64,000 nt of DNA from Macrostomum hystrix. Taxonomy: Eukaryota > Animalia > Platyhelminthes. Under the pieces are notes generated by a model that saw only the letters and a list, made by a program, of their open reading frames with translations, did not search any database and was not told where the DNA came from. Below, piece by piece: positions 27,701 through 37,300 of the stretch. The stretch is from assembly GCA_950097015.1 (NCBI GenBank), contig CATNEN010000038.1, positions 32,736,001-32,800,000 on the forward strand, given 5' to 3'. Both the position numbers and the translations under genes were made by a program. How positions within the stretch are numbered: position 1 is the first letter of the stretch; the number at the start of each line of letters is the position of its first letter.

Positions 27701-30145
27701 CAATCTCCCTGTCAATCTGCCTCTCAATCTGTCTCTCAATCTCCCTCTCAATCTCCATCTCAATCTACCTGTCAATCTGCCTCTTAATCTCCCTCTCAAT
27801 CTCCCTGTCAATCTCCCTCTCAATCTCCCTCTCAATCTCCATCTCAATCTCCCTCTCAATCTCCCTCTCAATCTCCGTCTTTTTCTCTCTTAATCTCCCA
27901 CTCTGAAATTTCCCCTAGAAAACAGTTTCATAAATTGAGAGAGGTAGAGAGGGAGATAGAGATTATTTGTTATGATTCCCCTATCATAAATTATGTTTTC
28001 AAAGAAAGACACACACGTGGCTGGTTATTTTTAGTATCCAACACTCAGCCAGCTAAGCTAAATGCATTTGCTAACTAACTGTACACGGGAAACTGTTGAG
28101 ATGAACTCCGGTAAGAGCAAGTTGTGAGTCCTAATATAACTGGGTCTTGTTTACCCATAACATGCTCGGCCAGAAATGACAAAAAATGTTGGTTTCCTTT
28201 TTTATTTACAGGTAAAACGGACCCTGGATTATTAGTTATTAATAAAGCTTCTTAGAAGACTCACCATCTACACCATACTATTTTAGCCTAGCAACGCGCA
28301 GCTTCTCTAGTTCTTCTGGAAAATGCTTTTTTCGAAAATGCCGTCAGGGTCTATTTTTAAACTCGGGTCTGGGCGTGACCTTTTTTATAAGTAAGTGCAT
28401 GGCACGCTTAGTCCAGAACTTATATCTAGTTTTATCTGGCCAATCTGTCTATTCTGATATCTTATAGTGTATATACATTGAACCCAGTTTAAAGTTGATT
28501 TATTATCATTTGTCAATTGTCACGTGCTTTGTTTAAAACTGAACACTGCAGGGTAGGAAAGATCAGCTGACTGGTCGGTCTATATGTTCTTGTAGCCCGC
28601 ATGACTTTGATGCTTCGTGATAGTTTATAAAAAAGAGAAGATAGAAGTACCGATATTGCGGTCAAAACTATATCATTCAGATTCAACGAATACTACTTGC
28701 CCCTGCAGCAGTAGTATGATTGCGTAGTCTATAGTTTTTCAGTTTGAATTTAACATTTAAAACTGTTTATTTTGTGTCTATCATTTATGTAATGAGCTCT
28801 CTTAAGGAACTATCTATATGGTAGCCTGTATGCCCTCCTCTAAATGCATCACTTTGTGCTAAATCGTCACTTTGTGCATCTTTAGGGACCATCTCCCACC
28901 CCTATCTATCTTCTCTCTCCCTCTCCCTCTCTCCCTCTCTCCCTCTCTCTCCCTCTCTCACTCTCTCTACCTCTCTCACCATCTCTATCTTCCTCTCTAC
29001 CTCTCTCAACATCTCTATCTCCCTCTCTACCTCTCTCACCATCTCTATCTCCCTCTCTACCTCTCTCAACATCTCTATCTCCCTCTCTACCTCTCAACAT
29101 CTCTATCTTCCTCTCTACCTCTCTCAACATCTCTCTCCCTCTCTACCTCTCTCAACATCTCTATCTCCCTCTCTACCTCTCTCACCATCTCTATCTCCCT
29201 CTCTACCTCTCTCAACATCTCTATCTCCCTCTCTACCTCTCTCACCATCTCTATCTCCCTCTCTACCTCTCTCACCATCTCTATCTCCCTCTCTACCTCT
29301 CTCACCATCTCTATCTCCCTCTCTACCTCTCTCACCATCTCTATCTCCCTCTCTACCTCTCTCACCATCTCTACCTCCCTCTCTACCTCTCTCACCATCT
29401 CTATCTCCCTCTCTATCTCCCACTCTCTTCATCTCCCTCTCTCTTCATCTCCCTCTCTCTTCATCTCCGTCTCTCTTTATCTCCCTCTCTCTTTATCTCC
29501 CTCTCTCTTTATCTCCCTCTCTCTTCATCTCCCTCTCTCTTTATCTCCCTCTCTCTTTATCTCCCTCTCTCTTTATCTCCCTCTCTCTTTATCTCCCTTT
29601 CTCTTCATCTCCCTCTCTCTTTATCTCCCTCTCTCTTTATCTCCCTCTCTCTTCATCTTCCTTTCTCTTCATACTTCTGTCTTTTTATCTCTCTATCTCC
29701 CGCTATGTATCTACATCTCGCTCTATCTCCCCTTCCACTTTGTCCATGTCCTCTCTGCTTGTCTAACGTTATATTCTCTATATCCTATAACTCCTGCAGA
29801 TATTATTTGTTCAATCAATCACATTTTTTTCTAACTAACAATTTTTACTAGGTTCGTCGCCTACGCGGCTACTCCGTCTCCGAGGCTGAACGACAGGCGC
29901 GTTCTGTAGCTGGCGCCAGTGGTGGCGCGAGTGGTGGCGCTAGCGGTGGCGCCAGTGGCGTCACGTCGTCCTCCTACCCCGGGCCAGGCGACGCAATGTC
30001 GCATTTTATGCACGGCTCGCGCAGTCTGTCGCTGATTTCTCGCGCACTCTACACCCTGTCGGGTGCCGGCATTTCTAACGAGGAGGCCGAAGACGAAGAC
30101 GATAGCCGCAGTGAAGGCAATGCTGGCAGTCGTGGCGACTTTTGA
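15075..30145 (+). CDS. Candidate BH3-only protein gene (BAD/BIM-like motifs). Isoform A exons 15075-15792, 24923-25149, 29852-30145 (412 aa); isoform B exons 18198-18396, 24923-25149, 29852-30145 (239 aa)
   Basis: GC-rich coding-like exons with GTGAGT donors and YAG acceptors; phases join without stops (1/1, 0/0); shared exon encodes RFRSRSVP and VAMGLRRIGDAI; the rest is low-complexity/disordered. Confidence 0.72.
18102..18110 (+). promoter_or_regulatory. TATA box upstream of exon B
   Basis: TATATAAAA about 90 nt 5' of ATG 18198, preceded by GC-rich and CACCC/GC-box-like sequence. Confidence 0.55.
18198..18396 (+). CDS. Candidate BH3-only gene, alternative first coding exon B
   Basis: TATATAAAA at 18102-18110, ATG at 18198, MPSQQEQQQ...EEDEVFYSDAS...LRNRRL, donor C|GTGAGT at 18396/18397, phase 1 like exon A. 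Confidence 0.68.
18468..19760. repeat. 22-bp minisatellite (TGACCAATCTCTGTCCCACACC) with four copies of a roughly 50-bp spacer
   Basis: tandem units; spacer TCACTCGTGAGTCATGAGCACTTCTGGGTCTTACACT recurs near 18478, 19018, 19162 and 19328. Confidence 0.95.
20430..21420. repeat. 26-bp minisatellite (GAGGACTCAGGGAATCTTGTTTGTCC)
   Basis: tandem units with two alternating variants. Confidence 0.95.
22030..23382. repeat. 34-bp minisatellite (TTGGGAAAGCCTCGAGATTTGGGATATTTTAAAC)
   Basis: tandem units. Confidence 0.95.
24030..24776. repeat. 22-bp minisatellite (GTAGATGGGATCTGGAATCCCA)
   Basis: tandem units with internal TGGGAT/ATCCCA inverted repeat. Confidence 0.95.
24923..25149 (+). CDS. Candidate BH3-only gene, shared BH3-encoding exon
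   Basis: Polypyrimidine tract + tttcAG acceptor (24921-24922); ...DVRFRSRSVPVMPDEALELMRQRGRPEDGVELVAMGLRRIGDAIANSRPVRSEIFV; donor GTGAGT at 25150. Confidence 0.8.
25776..26435. repeat. 40-bp minisatellite containing the palindrome TCTAGATCTAGA
   Basis: tandem units. Confidence 0.95.
27075..27903. repeat. 12-bp pyrimidine-rich repeat (TCAATCTCCCTC)
   Basis: tandem units. Confidence 0.95.
28212..28235 (+). CDS. Possible alternative short terminal exon (VKRTLDY-stop) of the BH3 gene
   Basis: Strong acceptor ttggtttccttttttatttacAG, phase-0 frame ending in TAG, AATAAA at 28241-28246. Confidence 0.35.
   Translation, partial: VKRTLDY
28900..29700. repeat. CT-rich 30-bp repeat and polypyrimidine tract
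   Basis: CTCTCTACCTCTCTCACCATCTCTATCTCC units followed by shorter CT-rich units. Confidence 0.93.
29852..30145 (+). CDS. Candidate BH3-only gene, terminal coding exon (absent from the ORF track)
   Basis: Branch-point-like ctaactaac + tttttactAG acceptor; phase-0 frame VRRLRGYSVSEAERQARSVAGASGGASGG...SLISRALYTLSGAG...GSRGDF-TGA; GC-rich island followed by AT-rich UTR-like sequence. Confidence 0.75.
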   Translation, partial: VRRLRGYSVSEAERQARSVAGASGGASGGASGGASGVTSSSYPGPGDAMSHFMHGSRSLSLISRALYTLSGAGISNEEAEDEDDSRSEGNAGSRGDF

Positions 30146-30264
30146 AAAATTGAATTTTTTATTTAATCATCCCGCAATCTCAGCCATGCCTGACTAACAT
30201 CTTGTCTCATTTCCATTAATATTTCTTCCTGCTTCCGTGTCTTTTGTATAATCCCCTGTCTCTC

Positions 30265-30947
30265 TTCCCAAATCCCCCGACTCTATTCCCCAAATCCCCA
30301 ATATCTATTCCCCAATCCCCCCACTCTATTCCCTAATCCCCAGACTCTATTCCCTAGTCGCCCACTCTATTCCCTAATCCCCCGTCTCTATTCCCTAATC
30401 CCCCTACTCTATTCCCTAATCCCGAGACTCTATTCCCTAATCCCCCGTCTCTATTCCCTAATCCCCCGACTCTATTCCCTAATCCCCCGACTCTATTCCC
30501 TAATCCCCCGACTCTATTCCCTAATCCCCCGACTCTATTCCCTAATCACCCGTCTCTATTCCCTAATCCACAGACTCTATTCCCAAATCCCCCGACTCTA
30601 TTCCCTAATCCCCAGACTCTATTCCCTAATCCCTCGACTCTATTCCCTAATCCCCCGACTCTATTCCCTAATCCCCCGACTCTATTCCCTAATCCCCCGA
30701 CTCTATTCCCTAATCCCCAGACTTTATTCCCTAATCCCTAGACTCTATTCCCTAATCCCCCGACTCTATTCCCTAATCCCCAGACTCTATTCCCTAATCC
30801 CCCGACTCTATTCCCTAATCCCCAGACTCTATCCCCTAATCCCCAGACTCTATCCCCTAATCCCCCGACTCTATTCCCTAATCCCCCGACTCTATTCCCT
30901 AATCCCCCGACTCTATTCCCTAATCCCCCGTCTCTATTCCCTAATCC
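30265..30947. repeat. 21-bp minisatellite (CTCTATTCCCTAATCCCCCGA) just downstream of the BH3-gene stop codon
   Basis: tandem units. Confidence 0.95.
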
Positions 30948-33708
30948 TGTGTATCAATCTATCGATGTCCCATATTATCTGTCTCCATAATCTCTATGGG
31001 ATCTCTGTCGCGCAATCCACTATTTTTTGTGTATATGAACCTCAATTTTTATTTTTATTTGTCTGTAACTGTCTTCTCTGTCACAGAGTCTGCATTAGCT
31101 GAATATAAATTTCTAATTTGCTATAAATTCTAATGAAAAGCCTTCATTGGCTTTTGGCATTCTGCAGTTTGCTTGACAATGAAAAGACGAAAGAAAAAAA
31201 TGGCTCGTAACTGCTAAAAATGTCCGTGTTCTTTTACCAGTCTGTGACGTTATTGCCTGTAAAATTGTACATCATTTTGTACACTGCATTGTATATAAAT
31301 GTGTGTATGTATATATAGATTCACAAGTTTAATACAGCCCTGATATGCTTGTGCTTCTAGACAATTTTTTTTGTAAAAAACGTGATTTCTTGGTGTTGTT
31401 TACTTCACAATGCCTGCTTTGCTGGTTTTTTAAAGTACTTTCAAGCGCTTAGCTGTACATAATTTCACTTCCGATATTTTTTCATTGAATAAGACAACAG
31501 TTTCTGCGTTAAAGTCGAAAGCAAGGATAAATTCACCGAATATTTTTATGTAATTAATTATAGTGGTAATGTGACTCCAAAGTGAGATGTATTTTACATG
31601 TCTTATACATTGTGCATGCTTTAGTTTTGTTGTTAAACTTGCTGTGTTTTAATCCAGCTTTGCTAATTACATATTAGCTTTGCAAGTGTGTCCATTACTA
31701 ACTGCTTTGCCACCTCTCTTATATCTCTATAGAAAGTCGTTTTTATGTCTTTTTTCTTTCAAAGACTGTGTTTCAATATTATTTTCTACCAAACCAATGT
31801 AAATTGTCCGCTTTTACCTACTTACTTACTCTTAAGGCTGTAAGTAGTGCATCAAGCGTTTTTACTTTTTAATACGTAGTAAAAAGAATTTGTTTATTTG
31901 TGTAATTTTGTTAGGAAGAAATGAATCGCGTTTTTTTCTTTTTTTTGTCAGTCAGACATAACAAAATTAGTTTCAATTTTACCCAGTCCTTTTTTAGTTT
32001 AAAATAGTACGCACCTTTTATATTCATGGTCACTAATTGCAGTGTAGTAGTTCGAATTTTTTTTTGCTGTTCAATCACACATGTACAATATACAAGTGCT
32101 TTTCTTATCATCCGATTTCTCACTGACCGCTTCTGCACTTTATGTTCCTTTCAGTCCCATTTTAGCAGTTTTACCGATTCCTCTGCGCATTGATTTGCAT
32201 TTGTTCGCTTCGTCAACTAATGTCTCTCTTTTTCTCCATCAATCAGCAGTGCCATATATAGGAAGTAATTTTTTGGGGGCTATTCGACAGCATTTTTAGG
32301 TTTAGTTGTTGTGTTCTTGCTTTTTCCCGATATAAAAAAATCTTAAGAATGTACTGTTGTCTATTTGATTGCTCTTTTTTGGACTTTTTGTCTCAATTCA
32401 AGATTCCAAGTTCAATAAACGTATTGGAATCCTGGATGAGTCCCTAATTTAGGCTTGAGCTAATCAGATAATTGTTTCGTTTAATATTTTATTCTTCTGC
32501 TTTTGCTTCCAGTTTTTGTACATGAACTTTTTGGGTACGCAATTGTATAGTTTGTTTATTGTACATATTGTACATTTGCTTGTACTCTGCGATGCGAAGT
32601 GCGAATGCTAATTTAATAAGAAATTTTCAAAAGCTAGGAAAATCAGCTACAATAGAATGTCACTAACTTTATTCAACTATAGATGTTTCATTTTTGTGTA
32701 TTATACTTTTTGTTCATACAAATATTACGCATGACTTGGTCCTGGTAAATTCGCTCGTACTGTGTTAGTTTTTCAGTGCAGTTCCTATTGTTCTATTCTG
32801 TGGTCGCGATACTATTTTTCCTCTTTTTTCTTGTTAATAAGTAAATTATATAAAATAAATTTAATGTTCAAATCTGAAAATAAGTTTTTTGTCCATAAAA
32901 ATAAGTCCAGTTTCTTTCCTGGATTCTGTTCGTCTTTTTTTGATTCGGTAAAAGGCAGTCCAATTAAAAGATCTCAAAATTAATCAATTGGAATGCGATC
33001 GAGTCGCCTTTATTACACGATACAAGCATGTGTTGGGTTGGGATCAATCTTTAGGATTTTAGGATTAACATTTTCTATCGACTTGAAATGCTTAAAAATG
33101 TGTTGTTCATTTCAGTCAGCAACTTCTGTCTATCAGTTCTAACTGTATTAACCTGGACAGGTTACTCAGATCAGGGACAAGATTATTAGTACAATTCTAA
33201 GAGTAAAGGAAGCGTATAGAATCGTCTGGCCTTTACCTGTTGTTGCACTTTCCATGATTTTGTACTTTAATCTATAATTTAGAGGTTTCTATTTTACAAA
33301 AGCAAGCAATTGCACAATTAAAGATTTTAGCTTTCCAAGGGATGTTGAGAGAAAAAGAGACTTTCCAGAACTCAATCCTAAATTCTTACCACGATTCATT
33401 TTGATGATTGATGATCAGGTAAGTAAAGTATTAAAGTAACATTAAATAACATAATAGGCATTCGTTAAAGTTCATGCAAGGCTCGTGTCAACTCAAGTCT
33501 ATATGTTAAGGCAAATGAGGATTTCTTAGTCATTCAGACTTAAGCTTTGCTTTTGAGAGTCAGGCTAACCAGAGAGAGCCAACGAGACTTGGGGTGTAGG
33601 AGAGAGAGGCTGAGAGTGCAGATTGGCGAGGTTTTGTGAGGGTTAGACGATTTTATCTCAGTGCACGGACTTACATTGTCTAAGACTTATATATAAAGGA
33701 CTTATGTA

Positions 33709-33810
33709 TCCTATATACTAAAAATGAATATCTTGCTTGCTTGCTTGCTTGCTTGTAATTGATTTTCTCCCGAACGGCTCAACCAATTTTCACCATTTCT
33801 TCACCAAAAG
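33709..33810 (+). mobile_element. Possible Helitron-like non-autonomous element, 5' fragment
   Basis: TCCTATATACTAAAA start, (CTTG)n microsatellite, then CCCGAACGGCTCAACCAATTTT; architecture recalls invertebrate Lep1-type Helitron-like elements; no 3' end recognised. Confidence 0.4.
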
Positions 33811-34282
33811 ATGCCCAATATGGGGACAATTATGCACGTATTTTTATTAAGCATTACTTCATTGCTAAGGGGATTAAATATTCGAAATTACACTGACTAA
33901 AAGTTTCTATTTGACAAGACTTCTCGACAAATCCTGAAACTCATTGCAAGCGCATTTTCACATTGGAGGAGGAAAACACAGTACTTTTTAGATTTCCATT
34001 AGTGCGCGAAGATGGGAATCGCATTGTCTAAATTGTCACGCGCCAGAATGTAGAGTTTCGTTGATAACGTTTGTGAAGTTGTTTCTACGAAAATAATTCG
34101 ATTTAGTGTAGTTTTTAATCTTCGGTCTAAACACGGTCTATTTTATAAAAGCGTGACTTTGAACTTAAAGTGACTCCAGAGTCCAGCAATGGCTTGAAAG
34201 GCCTTAATAGTTACCACGCAGTGACTTTAGAAATCAAAAGGCATTAGAAGTATAAGTACCTGTGTGTCAGGTAGACTTACAA

Positions 34283-34334
34283 ATGCCTTTGAAATGTAGT
34301 GGTTGTGTTGAAATTTCTCGTGTTCTTGCTTATG
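34283..34334 (+). CDS. USP34: USP34 exon 1 ([17 protein letters not shown])
   Basis: ATG, CxxC as in the USP34 N-terminus, GTAAGT donor, phase 1. Confidence 0.7.
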
Positions 34335-37300
34335 GTAAGTTAAAATGTCTTCTAAATCAAAGCTGACCCTTTGTCTTTACTTTTATTTCACATACAGAGT
34401 ATCAGCGTTTTTTTCCCCACTGAAAATTACCTTTTACATTTTTATATTTGTATTAAAAAAATATATTTTTAATAACAAAAATTTAAAATATTACCCATGG
34501 AATTAGGCCTAAGAAGTTTTAAGTAGGCCTACCCAGGTGCAAGGTCATTTTACCATAATAAACATTTGATGTAGATGCCAAGAAAAATTTGAATTTTCCA
34601 CTGTTGACATTTGGAATATTTTGTTACAAGGATTGATTTATATTTTTTATGTTAATATTTTTGTGTCTCTATTTTCTTGTGTCTATATTTTTTATATAGA
34701 CTAGTATTTTCCTCTGGAAAAATCTATATTTAAAGACTAAAAAGAGTCAAGAAAAAATCAAAGTAATTAATAGCAATAATTTCTAATCAAGTGTATTAAA
34801 AACATGCTAGTCTAATTTACTATAAATGAAAATTTTATACTAATGCCAAGGCTAAGGGGCTTAGTATTATGATTTGTTTTGGGCTTCTGCAAACACCTTG
34901 TTAGATAGCTGTCCAATTAGCTATATCTACTGTTGGAATTAATTCAGCTTAATCTGGATCAAAAAATTCTAAAATAAGGTTTTGTTACAATCCAAAGTTT
35001 GAAGTTAGAAAAGTTATTTAGTAAAGCTTCTATTAAAAGTGTTGGACTTTATAATAGCTTTAATTTGAAATGTTAAAACATAGTTTCAATTTGCAATAAA
35101 ATTTTCCTAGCAAAACTATATTTAAAATGTTGCACATATGTAATAACAGATAAAAACTATGTAAAGAAGTTTCATTCAGTGAGTATTAAACAAAAAAATC
35201 ATTTCTAGTTGCCCAAGAGCGTCACAAGTGTGACTTTGGTCTAACTCAGCAGCAAATCTTTGTCATCATCCAGCATCTGAATGCTTTTAATGACAGGTAA
35301 GATTTCAAAATTTTATGGCTTACTGTTCCTAATATTTTTGCATATATACCAGAGTGGTTCTCAATATAGACTAATGTAATTGTTAAATTTCTTCAAGGCA
35401 AAAGTTTAACTAAGTTCATCCCCTATTGAATTTGTTCATCCCATAGTAACAGCTGTCTGTGCATCTATCAGAAGAGGCGCTCATTGGATGTGCTTAATGA
35501 TGCTCTGCAGGCAGTTATTAGAACAGCAATTTCTGTATTGCAATCATTGACCTGGCTACCTGTGGATGAGCAGCAGCAGCCAGGGCAGTCGCATGCCTCA
35601 CCAATGGTTGCCAACAGTACCGGTGATGTTGTAAGTGATCCAGCTGCCTCAGTGTCTGATGACAAAGCAGCCAGTGCGTCGACAACTTCAAAACGGCCGT
35701 GTGTTGATGAGAAGTCATCATCAATGGCTGATTGGCCATTCGATAGGAAACTAATGCTATTAGAGTTTGTAGGCAGGATATTTCACACGGAGTTCCCAGT
35801 GCACGTCACCTACAGGCACCTATTTAAGCAATCTAACGAGGATGTATCGCCTACAATGGTGCAAACTTTTCAAACCTATTGCAACGTCTGCGATGCGGCC
35901 TCGGCTTCTGTTGGCCTCGGCGGCTCCGGATCCGGATTGCCAATATTTCTGCTACAGAATGTTTGCTTCTTTTGCGATTTTCAAGGCCTTCGCTCTCTGC
36001 GCGAACTCTTGCAATTCGCTGCCGAGTGTCCGCACCGATTGCCGTTGCAGGCGGCTCAGTATATCTTCTTTATGCTGTCCAATGTGAGTTCAGGGAATAG
36101 TGTTTTCCTGTTGTGCTCCTTGCTAGCTATACTCCTGTAGACTAGAGAAACTGAAGCATTCTCAAGCTCTTAGTGTGGGTAATGGTTGCTATCCAAAGTA
36201 TAAAGGTTAAGGGTATTGCTATTTATCTAAAATATCTAAACAGTTGAAATTCAACGCTAATCCCCACCGCCTAATCCCAAATGATCATTGCGCAGCTATT
36301 CGACTGGCTAAATATGCGATTAGTTCGCGATGATTTCCTAGCGATTCGTTCCTACGTTGCCAAGTACACTAGCGGTCTTGACGACGCTAAGCTGCGCTGC
36401 CTAGTTACCGACGGCCTTGGAGATCGCAACCTCATGGACCTGGTGTGGTCCGTCTGTCGTCTGGCTCCGGACGAAGACACGCCTCCAGTCGACGTTTTAA
36501 ATTTAATTTTCGCTTGTCTCAGCGTATCCACTCTGGCTGTGAGATTGGCCGGCATCGCTCACCTGAATAGCATGATTGGCCGCTGTGTCGGCTTAAAACA
36601 CCAATTAGCTAGCTGGCTAGTTAGTAAAGGCATTGTGCAACTACTGTTTGGACCGAATATGCATGGAGAGGTGCTAAAACAGGTTAGCAACTAAATTCTG
36701 GTCTGCTTTTACATGGTCGAATGGCTAAAATAACAGTTTTTGGTAGGTTTGAGAACATCTCAAAAATGATGCCGGAGAATTATTGAAATACTTCGCCATC
36801 CCGTAGGCTCACGCAGTGCTTCAGCTGCTAGCTTCAACGGACTGCGTCACCAACAGCTGCATCGACAGCATCTGGACTGCCGCCCAGCAGCGGTGGAGCG
36901 GCAAAAGTGTCATCGACGTTCTGCTACCGTTTGTGCGTCATTTGAGCCTTCGTCTAGTTGATTATTTCCTCAGCCTGCTAGCCAAGTGTCAGTGCCACAC
37001 CGAGGGCACCCTTAGTTTAGCTTTTCACTTGCAGAAGCGAGTCTGGTCTGTTGTTTCCCGAGCTCTGCACCAGCGTCAGGCTGCTCTGGCTGCTGCAGCT
37101 GCGGCCGCAGCCGCCGCCGCCGCTGCCGCAGCCGCTGCCGCTGCTGCTACTGCGGTGACAACATCGACGACAACTTCGGAGCAGGCGACAGCTTCGGTTT
37201 CGTCTGGCGCATTGACAGCCAGTCCGCCGCCTAGCAAGCGTTTGAAATTGTTTCCAAATTTGACCATAGCCGAGCCGCAGAGTCGCTGTCAGCAGCCGGC

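Noticed and set aside
27046-29834. 286-aa and 320-aa Ser/Leu/Ile-rich ORFs
   Set aside because: Pyrimidine-rich repeats lack stop codons by composition.
24923-30145. Multi-domain Bcl-2/Bax-type protein or BNIP3 assignment
   Set aside because: No NWGR-type BH1, no BH2 and no C-terminal transmembrane helix visible; evidence fits only a BH3-only architecture, so no gene symbol is assigned.
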